In this document: positions 10,237 to 22,708 of the stretch, one piece after another
How positions within the stretch are numbered: position 1 is the first letter of the stretch
How the letters are laid out: every line of letters starts with the position of its first letter
Source: Perkinsela sp. CCAP 1560/9
Lineage: Eukaryota > Protista > Euglenozoa: Kinetoplastea
Direction of reading: 5' to 3'
NCBI GenBank assembly: GCA_965644495.1
Contig: CBFFSA010000018.1
Span: 124,001 to 188,000 of the forward strand
DNA: 64,000 bases
The notes under the pieces: model-generated
Seen by the model: only the letters and a program-made list of their open reading frames with translations
Databases searched by the model: none
Told to the model about the DNA's origin: nothing
Program-made: the position numbers and the translations under genes

Positions 10237-11929
10237 AACCGGGGGTCAGTCTAATATTAAAATTGAAAATGCTAATATTAAGATTGGAAAGGTACTAATA
10301 TTAAGATTGGGCAGTGAATCTCAATATTAAAGTGACATCTTAATATTAAATTGTCCAAAAAATGAATCTTAATATTAAAGTGTCGCCATTATAATATTAA
10401 GATTGTAGAATCGTTTTGAACGGTTGTAGACCCAGTAGAATAAATTTACAGTATTTTATAAGAAATACGTTTACGAAAGGGAAAAACAAGACGAACTCTA
10501 AGATATCACGAAAAAAAACCCTCCGTAAAAACAAAAAAAACATTTCGCATTATATATATTATTGTTATTTCGACTATCGCAATATTATTTCGCATAGCCT
10601 AAAAATAACTATTTTCGCATAGGAATCCACTTTTCGAGACCCTTTTTTGATTTGTTTGTTCCAGCCCCGCGGGAAAACGCATTTTCAATTCGCTCTGCAT
10701 AATCATCTTCAATTACTACGGGAGCTTCAAATTTATAATTTTGCAAAGCCTCACAATGATTCCAAACAGCGAGTTGCGGATCAATATATCCTAAACGATT
10801 AAATTCATCAATAACGTTAATACATGCAGGTTTCGAAGATTCTTGCATGCTATTTTTAGCGTTTGCAACTCTTTCGTGTGAACGAGCCACAGCTTGGTGC
10901 ATCCATTCCCTCTTTTGACGAGCGGTGCGTGGTGCATCTTGTTCTCGATCCCATATTTTTTCTTGTTCACGCTTGTATGCTGCAGCATAAAACACATCTA
11001 TCCATTAGATCCACGACGTAGTACCAGCAGGGATGATAGCGCTGTAGCAATGGGCTTGGGTTGCAAAAGATTTAATGACACTCTTATTGACATGCGACCG
11101 ACAAGAATCGAACACTAAAAGTGTTGTGTTTACACTGTGCACGCGCAGTTGTGATTGTTTGCGCTCGTGTCGCTTGCGCTTCTTAATGCCACGCGTTAAT
11201 TCGGAATAGTTTTGCAACTGATTTTCGTTGCTAATATGAATACGGGAGTTTGGGAATTTGTCTTTGATCCATTTGTTTAACACTTGCATGGAACCATACT
11301 TGCGTTGTTTCTCTACACTCCAGCTATTCCACTCACGTGAGATCGCCCGTTTGATTTTTGCCGTAGGTTCCACTCGAACGCGAACACCATTATCTTTTGC
11401 TCGCTTCTCGTAAGGGCAAATTTTAGTTCTACCCCCATTTTTTGAAAGTTTACCCGAATCCTCTGAATCACTGGAATGTGATACATCACTGTCATTCGAT
11501 TTTTCATCCGATTCTTCGGAACTTTCATAACCATTATCTTCTTCGGACTCGGCACTGTCACTTGGACCACTTTCAGAGTTACAGTTTTCAGATTCATAAG
11601 GCAGAGAATCGTTTAAGTCGAAGGGTTGCATAACACCTTCGTCATCCTTAAGAGAGCAAACCTCATCAACATAATCTTCGACAGCTCTATAACATTCGTT
11701 GATTGCCTCTCCGTGGCTACGCGGCGACAGTGCCGTTAATTGCGAAGCAATAAGGTCCATCAAAAAAATCAGAAAAGTTAAAGAACCAAAGAAAATCCTT
11801 AAAAAATCGAATCTTAATATTAAAGTGAATCTTAATATTAAAGTGTCATTTTAATATTAAAGTGTCAATCTTAATATTAAAGTAGATCTTAATATTAAAC
11901 TAACCTTAATATTGAACTGACCCCCGGTT
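10237..11929 (-). mobile_element. pogo/Tigger-type element, internally deleted
   Basis: TA|AACCGGGGGTCAGT ... ACTGACCCCCGGTT|TA, with arrays of CTTAATATTAA subterminal repeats at both ends. Confidence 0.9.
10609..11760 (-). pseudogene. pogo-type DDD transposase remnant
   Basis: The two listed ORFs are one frame: LLVFDSCRSH...IIPAGTTSWI*WIDVFY. TAA at 11005-11007 replaces the conserved Gln of the xQxxD motif. The first-Asp region is missing. Confidence 0.85.
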
Positions 11930-12036
11930 TAATATTCGTTTATAATTCCGCAAGATAAAAAAACTTTAATTGAACCGATCCGAGCAAAACTAAAATTTGA
12001 AGCAAAACTGAAATTGAAAAGTTGATTTCTACAACC

Positions 12037-12708
12037 TTAGTTCTGATACTGCTCGCCTCGTACCACGCAAGCTGGTGACAACTCAGGAAGAAATTCCGAG
12101 AACCGATTTCCGGCGACATTGATAACTCTGATTGAAGGGGGAAGAGTTCGAACATCCAGCGCTCCATGCAATTGATTCTCATTAAGATACAGGCTCCTCA
12201 AACCATGCGGAAGGGAAGTAAGATTGACGACACCAGAAAATTTGTTCTTTGAAAGGAGAAGCACTTCGAGTGCAGTCGGAAGTTCAAACAAATTTAACGT
12301 ACCGTACAGACGGTTAGAAACAAGCGAAAGCTTTACCATACCCGAATGTAAAAATGGCAGATGGACACAATCTTGTAGTTGATTTTTTGAATACCAAATT
12401 TTGGTAACACTAGTAGGCACATCTTCCGCCTTAAAAGAACCTTGGAGCTGATTCGACGAAACATCAAAACTCAATATAGTTGACGGAAGAAAACGTAGAT
12501 TAAACTCCCCACGCAGTCCTAGGTTTGCCCATGAGAGATGGAGGACATGACCTCCTTCGCAATCCACACCCCGCCATTTGCAAACATCAATATTGGAGAC
12601 CCAACTGCGAGGCGTGTTCTGTAATGGTTGTACGAGCCGCGAGAGAGAAAATTCGGGTGAGAAACTCACGTGACGTGTTTTACCCATTCGAGAGAAATGA
12701 ACATCCAT
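12037..12708 (-). CDS. Leucine-rich repeat protein (paralog 2)
   Basis: SPEFSLSRLV..W....VCKWRGVDC cap and NxLxGxLxLxxLP repeats. Confidence 0.88.
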   Translation of the reverse strand: MDVHFSRMGKTRHVSFSPEFSLSRLVQPLQNTPRSWVSNIDVCKWRGVDCEGGHVLHLSWANLGLRGEFNLRFLPSTILSFDVSSNQLQGSFKAEDVPTSVTKIWYSKNQLQDCVHLPFLHSGMVKLSLVSNRLYGTLNLFELPTALEVLLLSKNKFSGVVNLTSLPHGLRSLYLNENQLHGALDVRTLPPSIRVINVAGNRFSEFLPELSPACVVRGEQYQN

Positions 12709-12987
12709 TCGGAAGCGTATGCCTACCCAATTAAAGTTTACATATTTTTTTCTTAATATTCGTTTTAACCTGTAGTCATTGCGGTGGTTGTATAACTACC
12801 GCTCTACCCTCGATTTTTGAAAAAAAAGTGAAAAAAAACAGTGAAAATATAAAGAGGAACACATTAATATAATAGAAGAAAAAAATATAAAAGGGGGCTT
12901 CGGTGGTCCAAAATTGAAAAAGAAAATTGAAAAAAATGGGGGGTCCATGGGGGGCGTCCAGGGGGGGGTCATGGTCGAGCAAATTTT

Positions 12988-15900
12988 CAGAGGTCCCTAA
13001 AACTATTTATAGATAGTTTATAGTGTTTCAAGAAAACTTATAGTACTATAAACCTCGTTTATAGTACTATAAACACTATACATGTATAGTACTATAAAAA
13101 CTATATGGTGTTTATCAGTGTTTCATGTCCAGAAAGGCGCGCGGTAGACAGATCGGTCGATGGGCCTGGAGGAATTTCGCGGGGCAGGAGAGAGCCGATG
13201 GAGGTGTAGAGGCTTAGAGGGGTCACGTGATGTTAGGTGGAGCAAGTGGTATGGATACGCTGACGCGTAGAAAAAAGTGAAAAGAGTAGTAGTTTTTGTC
13301 AGAAATGGAAAAAGACGGGATCCTATAGCTCACAACAAGTTCTTCCCATAATGCTCTTTCCTTGTAGCGTGCAAAACGCATTACAGTTATCCTTCAACGA
13401 GTTCCCGTTACATCACTCGTTGGATCCTAGACGTGGCGGATTCAACGGCAAGATAAAACACAAAAACACACCGCAGAGCCTGCAAGATTCAATATCTGCA
13501 AAATTCATAATATTTTAAAGAAATTTGAAGAATCACTTACCCGCTATTTCACATTTACACATTATACTTCGGCAGGAAAGGCGACCTAAGAAGACAAGGC
13601 GTCTGGGCTGGAACACATCTGAAATTAAAGTACGTCGACTTCCCCATCGACTTCAACGAAGTGTGAAAAAACGATTTGAGCTTGACCACGACGCTTGTTG
13701 GGCATAATGATGAGAAAAATAGTGAGAAATCTTTCAAGAAAACGGGAGTGACAAAAAGAAATTGCGTCGAGTCGGCATTTCAAGCAATAATTTCAGAAAA
13801 AATTTACTAAGAAAAATATTAAAAAAATATAGTTTTTATATATAGTGTTTTAAAGTTTATAGTACTATAATAGTACTATAAAATAATTTTTGTGGCACTT
13901 CCGCCGGCAGAAGAGGTTACAGTTCAAGTGTATTGATTTATGTATTGAGTTCGGTGGGGTGTAGCAAAAATCCATTATTTCATAGATGGAAGGTCATGAA
14001 AGTGAAGGATGAAGATAGGTGGAAGGTCAGGAAAATGTGGTTCACCGACGGGAATGGGTGAAAGCATAAAAGCGCGAGAGGAGTGTTCTGGGGGGAAAGG
14101 TGGAGAAGAAATCTCAACTGGTATGCTCTTTAGCCGAGAAGTGCAACATAAAGTTGGAATTGCAACAGAAAGGTGAACGACAACGACGTGCTACTAATAA
14201 TTTTTGAAGACATTCATGATTTTTGCGATTGCACTTAAAGGAAGGACATGTTATATTAAGTTTTTTAGTAAGTGCCAACTTTACTGAGTAGTGACTAACT
14301 TTACGTTTTTTATGCATAAAACTGAAAATGGGGTATACGTCAAAGAGAGGAAATTCAACCCTTTGACTTAACGTCAAAAACCGAAAAAGAGGGAAAACTC
14401 AGGGGGGGGGGGAGATCAGTCAGGGAGGAGGTGTAGCGTTGATGAAGGTGCAGAGTCGTGCGTATTTTTTAACCTATGAAGACAAAATTAGGAACCTAAT
14501 CTTTAATTTATCCTTTACGTATTCCTTTAACTACTGTTTTTACGAAATGTTTCTTAAAAAGCGAATTCTCCTTTGCCTCAACGGATTACAGAGGAACATT
14601 TTCCGCATTCTCAAAGCCGTCTACTTCTATTCGCGAATCTCTATTCGGACATTTACGTCCTCTCTTTTTTCTAGCATCCTCTTTTGCGCGAAGCTCGCCC
14701 ATTATCTCATCATGCGACTTCACGTCCTCCGCGCATTCCTTGTAGCAAAGTCTGTTCTGATACGCAACCAGTAACTGATTAAAATCTCGAGGAAATCTAT
14801 ACTGGTCCTCATTTTCTTTGACCACGGAGCTGAATCTTGATAAAACTTTCGGCCAAGGTATGTGCCTCGAAGATTTGTCGCGCACTTCATCGATGACACA
14901 TTGCAGGAGCAAGCGCACTTCAAGGGGATTGAATTTCACGATCACGTTTCTTTGGCGAGGATCAATTCTTGGAGCATGTAAATGTGTTGCCAGGTGACAT
15001 GCGTTGCTATTTCCTGTCGCGGTAAAATGTTGTACAGGTAAGTCATCAACCATTATGATCTCCTCGTGCGCCCCCAAACCTACATCAAAATCTGTATCAA
15101 AAGTTTTAAATATTCCTGCACCAGGGATATCAAGTACGCAAACACCGCATATTCTGTGCCTCTGCGGAGTTGGTGATACGGAATCGAAAGGAACCACTAG
15201 ATATGGTACGTGTGAAAGCTCGTGCAAAACGAGTACAGTGCTTGAAATGACATTGGCAAGAGAGCGAACTAGGGGAAGAAATAATTGCCCGTGTGAAACC
15301 TTGGTTATAACTTCCTCGACGTCGTTCTCGGGCTTGCTCAAGTGTTCAAGAACTCGTTCGAACGTCGTATCTTTGTCCACCCGCGATGTATCGCACCGCA
15401 GAATACAGGGATCTCCCGCACACAAGTATTCAAGTGTGCTCATCATTGACGCTGCAGTGCACTCTCCACCTAGGAAACGCACCTTTTCCTCGTGCTTAGT
15501 TGGTGTAGCCGAAAGTGCGAAGTTAAATTCCACATCGTCTTTGCCAAGAAATACGGGCTCGCAACCAAACTTATTTTGCGCCCAGCTGCGAACATTACTC
15601 AGCTGATTGTCAGACAAGGAATGTGGGATAAGTGCATATCCATCCCCAGATTGAACAGGGTGAACATATTGTGTGAAGAACAGTTCATGAGTCGTTAGTT
15701 GTTTCGCCACAGGGAGAAGTGCAAAAGGACTATTACATAATCTTGCATCGTCCGCCCCCAGGAAGAGAGAAGAGAAGGTTTCTTTCAAGGTTCGAAACAA
15801 CAGAGCGTCGAAACACATCATATCCGGCGCTGATTTGAATCTCACAGCACATTTCACATTACTTCGATAAATAAAGCTCCTTGTCAGCGCGTCTACAGTT

Positions 15901-17981
15901 TCTGCTGAGCTACGCGCGCGAAGCTTCACTTTAGCTTTCAAACGAGAATGAAAACTTTCACAAATGTTGGTTCCTCGGCTGGAACGATACACCATATTCT
16001 TATCCACGCGCGTCAAATTCACATCTGTAGGGCCACTGAGGCAGTCCCGCTCGATGTGGGCTATTGCGTACGGCCAGAGAGAAGCTAACTTGGGGTTCCA
16101 TGTAAAGATGTCCGAATATTTTTCCTTCAGGAGTTCCATTTTAGAAAGCAATTTTGCCGGACGTGGAATAACTTTCTCATGCGCATCAAGATGTTCCTTT
16201 TTTGACAAAGCGATAGTAAGAGGCTCTACTACAGATCGGCAAAGCTCGGTGTAAAACATTTTCTGCCGATTTGATGCTGAAGTGCGTGGGATAACAGCTG
16301 CGAAACGGTGCAGCCAATGCCATAAATCGCATTTAATATGTGCAGATGGAAAGTGGCGTTGTATTTTAGAACGTACTGTGCAACAGTTGTCAGCATATAT
16401 AACCATTGCTTTGCTTCCTGGACGTGATGCTATGTTTGAAAGAACATTGTGCAAAGTGTCAAAACTTTCATTTCGAGTGTATACGGCAGCCAAAATCTCA
16501 CCAATTTCATTGTGAACAACAAAGTGAGAACGAAACGGTGCTTCCCCACGCAGTCGAATGCACTTTGCGGTCTCGAAAGTATGATCCATTGCAAGCACTG
16601 TACCAGTCAGCTCGGACATATAGTTGTCACACTCCACCTGGCGCTGCTGGAGTAATGAAATCAAAACATCCTGAAAATGATCCACTGATGGAGTCATCCA
16701 TTCTTGTGAAATTCGATTTGAAATCGCTTCCACGCAATTAGGATCCCAGCGAAATCCAAATTTTTCCGTGTGCTTTAATTCAAAAATGTGTCTTTCATCG
16801 CGCTTATTACTCAGATACTGCAACGTCCGCTGATGGTAATCGACGGCATACACTTCTTGCAGAATACCTTGAAATTCACTCATATTAGAACCACTAGTTC
16901 CTATTGCCATAATGGCCGTTGAAAGTCGTCTAGTCATCCCCAATTTCTCAGTTTTAATAATAGGAAAGGAATTTCGTGCCTTGTGGGATAGGCTGGAAAT
17001 TAAGCTCTTTTCATCACTTGATATTACCTTACGACACTCAGTGCTACGACATTGATACACTTCACAAAAATAGTACATTGGTGTCGAAAGATCAAAAATC
17101 CGACGCACAGGAGAAAGCTTCATGAAAGTCAATCGCTCTTTGCAATGAAGACAGTGTAGGTTTTCTTTTTCGCCTTGGCGCATGGGCGCCCATATGATCC
17201 ATGGCAAGGTAAAAAACGTTTCCAATGAACTCCTAGGCTCCGGAGAAAAGAACCAAAGGGAAGTACATGTAGTTTTTGTTTTTAATTCTTCGTACGCCCT
17301 TCGAATGCCGTGACTTGATGTGAAGACATTCCTGTTTCGAGCAAATGCGTCCAATATTTTGTCACTTCTGTTCGTTCGTGTGTGGTTTCTTCTGGGCGAG
17401 AAGCGAACCGACAAAGCTCCGAATTTTCGGCTACTACACGCGAAAGGGTGGTTGAAAGTTCGTTGTTCCTTTTTTCCATTTCCTCAATTTGTGTTTCTAG
17501 CTTTTTGATGCTTCCCGTAAGTTGCTTCTTTTCCTTGGCCATTGTTTGGATGACGTTCAGTAGGTCCGTTTCACAAGACATGACTTAAATAATCAGAAAT
17601 CTAGAAATGATTTTTAGAGTACCAGGAAGGTTCAATAGTTTTGCTTGTAAAGTGATCATCTTGAACAGTCAGGGTACAATAGCTGAGGCTTTAAACTCTC
17701 AAACATGTACTAGAAATCGCTTCTGGGAAAACGATTTTGACGAAATCAAAAAAAATTATTGGACTACAAAAAAATTAGGTATGAAGTTCAGACTCAATAG
17801 TACACAAGTTTCATAGGAACTATTAAGTTCAGACTCAATAATAGAAACACACTTCAGTCACTATTGAGTTTTAGCAATCCAGATACGTGCAACTCAATAG
17901 AGAACTCACTAGTGACTCTTCAACCCAATAGTTGCTGTCACTATGGCGGAACTAACATTTTTGTAGTTTTACGGACCTCTG
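12988..17981 (-). mobile_element. 5-kb DNA transposon with 18-bp TIRs and an 8-bp TSD; superfamily unassigned
   Basis: CAGAGGTCCCTAAAACTA / TAGTTTTACGGACCTCTG (17/18 match); flanks CAAATTTT / CAATTTTT (7/8). The empty site is visible in other family A copies. Subterminal TATAGTACTATA repeats. Confidence 0.9.
14586..17581 (-). CDS. Large DDE transposase with DxxH motif, Cys-rich N-terminal domain and Myb/SANT-like C-terminus; the N-terminal coiled-coil ORF (17282-17581) is in a different frame
   Basis: AMDHTF..VVHNEIGEI..IYADNCC..KCDLWHWLHRF..SRGTNICESFHSRL; CLHC..YQCRSTEC; KFNPLEVRLLL..IPWPKV..RDFNQL. The 942-aa frame has only a TTG start and overlaps the ATG-initiated 99-aa ORF. Confidence 0.8.
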
Positions 17982-18951
17982 CAATTTTTTTTGAAAAAAA
18001 TATTTTTCGAAAAAAACTCTCGGAAGGGGTAGCCGGGGTCTTGGCGCGCATTTTCCACCCCCCTACCTGGGGGTGACCCCCCCGCGTATCCGCAGGACGG
18101 GTTCGCCAGGTTCGGATTTTTTCGGATTCTTTTTTTGAAAAAAAATTCAACTTGGCAAAAAAAATATTTTTCCAAAATCGTTTCCCCTATTGTATTGTGA
18201 GAGTTTGGGACCTATACTAGCTTTCTACGCAGTTGTTTTCGCAAGGTATCCCTTCTTCGAGACTTGGTGCGCCCCTCAAAATGACTCATTTTTGACTAAA
18301 AAAGGTGAAAAAGTATTTTTCGGCCCCAAAGGGCCTTTTTTGTGTCTAAAGAATGGTGTGATTGGAGTCGTATTCCCCACGCAATACGTTCGGCAGGCTT
18401 TCATTCATGCCTACGAGTGATTTCCCACGCGCAAATGTCGGATTTAGTGCTCTGAGAGCAAAAATACCCAAAATTGACCCCATTTTTTCCCGAAAATCGG
18501 CTATTTTTGGCTACAACCTTTCCGTTTTCTTCAGCTTTCCAGACCAAATTTTATTTTTTAGGCTCTTCGTTAAACGCGGTGGTAGTTTTCAACGCGAAGC
18601 GCGCAGCATGAGTGACTTCTAAGTTGAAAACAACCACTGCGTTTAACGAAGAGCCTAGAAAAGATTATGTAATATTACAATAGGCAGAAAATTGTGTTCC
18701 TTTACACAAGTAGGCGTTCGAAAACGTAAAACCTTATAAAATTACCGTCGATCCCCCCAATTGTAATAGACCTCCCAGTAACAAGGATTTGACCTTTTTT
18801 GGGATGCCACCAGTAACATCGGGCAGTAAAAAGGAAAAATCGGGCGTCTCCTGCTCAAGCCCTTATCAAGAAGGACAATTAATTAGGGGGGAGGGGGCTA
18901 TGACAATTAAGTGGGGGTGCAGTGTTTTGTGCTCGTCGGAAAAATAGAAAA

Positions 18952-20643
18952 TGGGGGTGCAGCTAAATCTTGGGGGGTCTAAAAGTTGTAAAACTTGACC
19001 AATATTAGAAAATGATAGCGCATTGGACGGCTTTCCCTCTGGTAGAAAATAGATCGTTTCCTGCTGTTTCGAGCCTTACCTTTTTTAAAATTGGGGGAAA
19101 AAAGGGAGATGCCACCTAAATCTCTCTTACTGGGGGGTATGCTTTTCTGGTCAGTTTTCTCTTTTCTCCCAACTTTTTTGACAATTCGTTTCTATTTTTT
19201 CTTCTGAAAACGTGTTAAAACGCTTATTTGGGTTACCGCCGAGGCTCCCGACATCCGGACACTCACCCCCTACGCCCTATACGCCTCCTGTGGGGCTCCT
19301 GGGTCAAATCTCTCTTACTTGGGGTCAGCACAAAAAGGGCCAAATCTCTCTTACTGGGGGTGGTACCTCACTGGGGGGTATACGGTATTTTTTAAAATTG
19401 GCCAAGTTTTACAAATTTTAGACCCCCCCAGATTTACTGTGGCCCCCCCCCTTTATTATGGACACTTTTTCAGCTTTTGTCCATAATAAAGGGGGGGGGG
19501 TGATGAAAAGGGTGTGGAAAAAAAATTCCATGTTTTCTCATAATACGGCAAAAAATATCTAAACTGTAAAATGCATGGCCACGAGAGCGGGCAAGGATCC
19601 TTGCGGAATTCTCGAAGTTTAACACCAGGGGCAGACGACCTCGCGCCTACCGAGCCGTTGCCCACCCAATCTTTAAATCAGTTGTGTACAGTCGTTAGAA
19701 AAAAAATTGATGATTGCGACAGGCGAACGGCCAGTGGTAAGAGTGCGTGCGGTTTTTCGTCGGAAAGACGAGCCCAACGAGCCCACGCAGATGGTGGAGG
19801 GAAAGATTCGGAAACAAGGGTTGGAGCTGTGGGGGATGTGGTCTGACGAGCCGGATAAGGAGTTTAACGAGTTAAACTAACTAACGCAAGGGGGCCATGA
19901 TTTCTTTCATTCTTGGACAAGATAAGTTTCCACGACAGCTATCGCGTAGCACGACCATTTTCGCATCTACTGCGCATATCATTTCATTCTTGTTTTTTGT
20001 ATATCCAAGGGTGCGTGATGTACGATACTTTTGTCGGATATGCATCTGAGTCATATCATGATAACATCATAAAATTCAAAGAGCGTATGAGCGAGCATTT
20101 CAACGTGCGCCCCGAAGATTCGTTGGAATATTAGCAAGCAATGGGTTCCTCATGATTTCTGAAAAAAAAAACAAGAATAAACAGGGCGTGCATTCAATGT
20201 TACTGGGCGATAATATATCAATGTTACTGGGCAATACGTACTATTGCATTTAATTACTTCTAAATTAAGCAATTCAATGTTACTACTACTGCTACAAATA
20301 AGTGGGGGGGGCACAGTAATAGTAATCTAAACAAGCTCATTGTTCTTTGTTTTATCCCGTCCTGGGCGCACAAAATTCTCTTGATGAGATCTGCAAAGTA
20401 CAACAAAGTGGGGGGTCACTTTTCGTGAGCCGGGGTTAATTAAGCTCAGTTCGTCCCCTTTTCTCCTTTGTGTGATTTGAAAGCTGACGAAATTAGCTAG
20501 CTACAGATGCCCTAAAAAACGAAAAAGTGGGAAAAAAAATTGGCGCCGCTCCGCGGCGCCCGGTCGGATTTGTCCATAATAAAGGGGGGGGATACCCCCT
20601 GTCCATATTAAAGGGGGGGGTCACAGTATCTGCACCCCCCCTG
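18952..20643. mobile_element. Degenerate MITE with TIRs related to the 7005-8563 Tc1, carrying nested insertions
   Basis: GGGGGTGCAGCTAAATCTTGGGGGGTCTAAAA at left. At right TTTTAGACCCCCCCAGATTTA (19436) resumes as TCTGCACCCCCCCTG|TA (20643). Confidence 0.7.
19437..20626. mobile_element. Non-autonomous TA-flanked element with CTGTG termini
   Basis: TA|CTGTGGCCCCCCCCCTTTATTATGGACA ... TGTCCATATTAAAGGGGGGGGTCACAG|TA. Confidence 0.82.
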
Positions 20644-20701
20644 TATGTTTGGGTAAAAAAATTGGCACAGAAATCTTCCTTTTTGATCTCCCTTTCTTCA
20701 G

Positions 20702-22402
20702 TCATTCAAACCTTACGATATGAGTTTGTTCAATGCTAAGTTGCCTTCCCTTCGCGGTCCCGTGCAGCCCCGGATTATTGCTTAACGAGACAACCAAACC
20801 AGGAGTAGATTGCAAATTCAGCTGGATGTTTCCCTCTAAACAGTTATCGTTTGCCATAATCTTGCAAAGACGGTCGGATATACAGTCGGGTATGTCTGAA
20901 AGATCAGGAACACCAGTAAAGTGATTATGACTCAGGTCTAGACTGTGAAGCGTTGCCGGTATACCTTCTAACAGGATATCCCCCGAAAATTCATTATGGC
21001 TGGCGTCGAATTCGATGCAATCTTTCGGCAACGCACTGAGGTCAAGATTCCCTTCAAAATTATTGTGTTTTATTCGTAAATGCCGTATCTCCGACGTTGT
21101 TATTTTTCCCAAATTTAGCGAACCAGAAAACTTATTTTTGCTAATATCGAGCGCATTTAATTCGCCGGGTACCTCACCGAGATCCAATGAGCCAGATAAA
21201 TTATTGTCACCCAATATGAGACGCGTGAGTGCACCAGGAAGATAACGAAGATCGACGTCTCCTGTGAAATTGTTGCAGTATAGATTGATCTCTCCAATAT
21301 AATCTGGTAAATGCCTCAAAATTCACGCTCCGGTAAATGCATTTTCGCTGACATCCAAGTCGTACAGTCCAGCGGGCAAATGGTCTAGACTCAAACCTCC
21401 TGTAAACGTGTTATTCGTCGCTCTAAATGATTCAAGACCTTCAGGAAGTGTATTGAGTGTGAGAGGTCCATTAAATCGATTGTCTGAAAAATTAACGTCC
21501 TCCAGTCCGTCTGCCACATATAAATACTTCAGATCTAATGTCCCTGTGAGGGAGTTCTCCTGAACTAAAAGACGTTCAAGAGTGCTTGGCAAATTGTTGA
21601 GGAGTAATTTCCCCGAAAATTTGTTGCACGAGGCATCAAATACTTCCATGTGACCCGGAAGTGAACGAAGGTCCAAGCCGAGCTCGGACTGATCGTCGGT
21701 TGAATAGATCATATGCGGAATTCTCGGCGAATGAAGAACTGTACAGCCTGTGAACTCGTTGGAACTTATATCTAAATCTATTAAACGTTTCGGCAAATCA
21801 CACAAATTAATTTCGCCTGAAAAAGAATTTCCGCTTATTTTCAATATGTTTAGATCCGCTGGAAGGCTACCCAAATCTACGCCGCCTTCAAAGTGGTTGC
21901 TGTCCAGAATAATAACGCTCAACGTTGATGGAAAGTGAGAAAAGTTTATAGTACCAGAAAATTCATTGTAGCCAAGATCAAGTTGCTTGAGGTCAGGAGG
22001 CAAATTGCTTGAAATATCGGACCCAGAAAAGCAGTTTGCCGAGGCAGATACTCGTAAAACGGTTCTGGGAAGATACTCTAAATGCAATGGACCTGTAAAT
22101 TCTCCGTTGAAGCCAAGTTCTAATTCAGCGTCAAAAGTTAGTTCCGTCACTTCTCCTTGCCCATTGCAAGCCACCCCTTCCCACTTACACGAAAGTGTGG
22201 CTACCGTCCAGGATGAATGCTTGTTCAATATTTCGGCAACAAGTCTTTCCAGTTCATATTCTTGGGGGAGAATGGTACCACGTATCTTTCCAGGATGGCC
22301 CGATTGACGCTGAACATCACTGCTGCTTGGGGTGTCTATGTGCTGCTTCCGACGCTTTGTAGGAGGCGGCTGATCATCACGAGCTTGTAATATACAAGAC
22401 AT
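20702..22402 (-). pseudogene. Long LRR gene (paralog 3) interrupted by one in-frame TGA
   Basis: ORFs 21323-22408 and 20702-21319 share a frame: ...NAFTGA*ILRHLP.... It has the same GKIRGTILPQEYELERLV..WEGVAC cap; ATG at 22402. Confidence 0.82.
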
Positions 22403-22708
22403 GTGCAAAAGAAGAGAATGTCCAAAAGAAGAAAATGTATCAGAAAAGTAGCAGAAAGTTTACAAACAATAGCATTTTTTTCGTTTATATAAAAATGCTA
22501 AAAATGCAATATCAAAAACGCTAAAATAGAGATGCTCACAAGGGAGACCCAAAGGTCAACTGAATGAAACACTTATGAAAATTGATGAAGAGAGGGATCG
22601 AATTGAACACTATTCAATTGTGCTCGAATGCCACAAAGGAAATACAGCAGAAAGGTCCAACATACATGTACATGCATGTTTCTGTATGTATTCCATGTAA
22701 TCGCTTTA

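Larger units (their letters stand above)
12778..18657 (+). mobile_element. Family A hairpin-ended non-autonomous element, interrupted by a 5-kb transposon
   Basis: Starts ATTGCGGTGGTTGTATAACTACCGC. The body resumes at 17982 and ends in the 99-bp hairpin at 18559-18657. Colinear with the intact copy at 44162-45107. Confidence 0.88.

Noticed and set aside
11005-11007. Stop-codon reassignment (TAA at a conserved Gln here, TGA in the LRR gene at 21323), as in Blastocrithidia
   Set aside because: More than 5000 codons of housekeeping genes have no in-frame stops and end normally in TAA/TAG/TGA. Both cases are single-step mutations in dispensable genes.
17864-18622. Recurrent short ORFs (MNFFSK.., MRAKTPATPS.., MKKYFSD..) here and at 26-27, 44, 48, 54, 56 and 60 kb as a protein family
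   Set aside because: They are translations of non-coding family A. Frames and stops differ between copies and most start at TTG/GTG.
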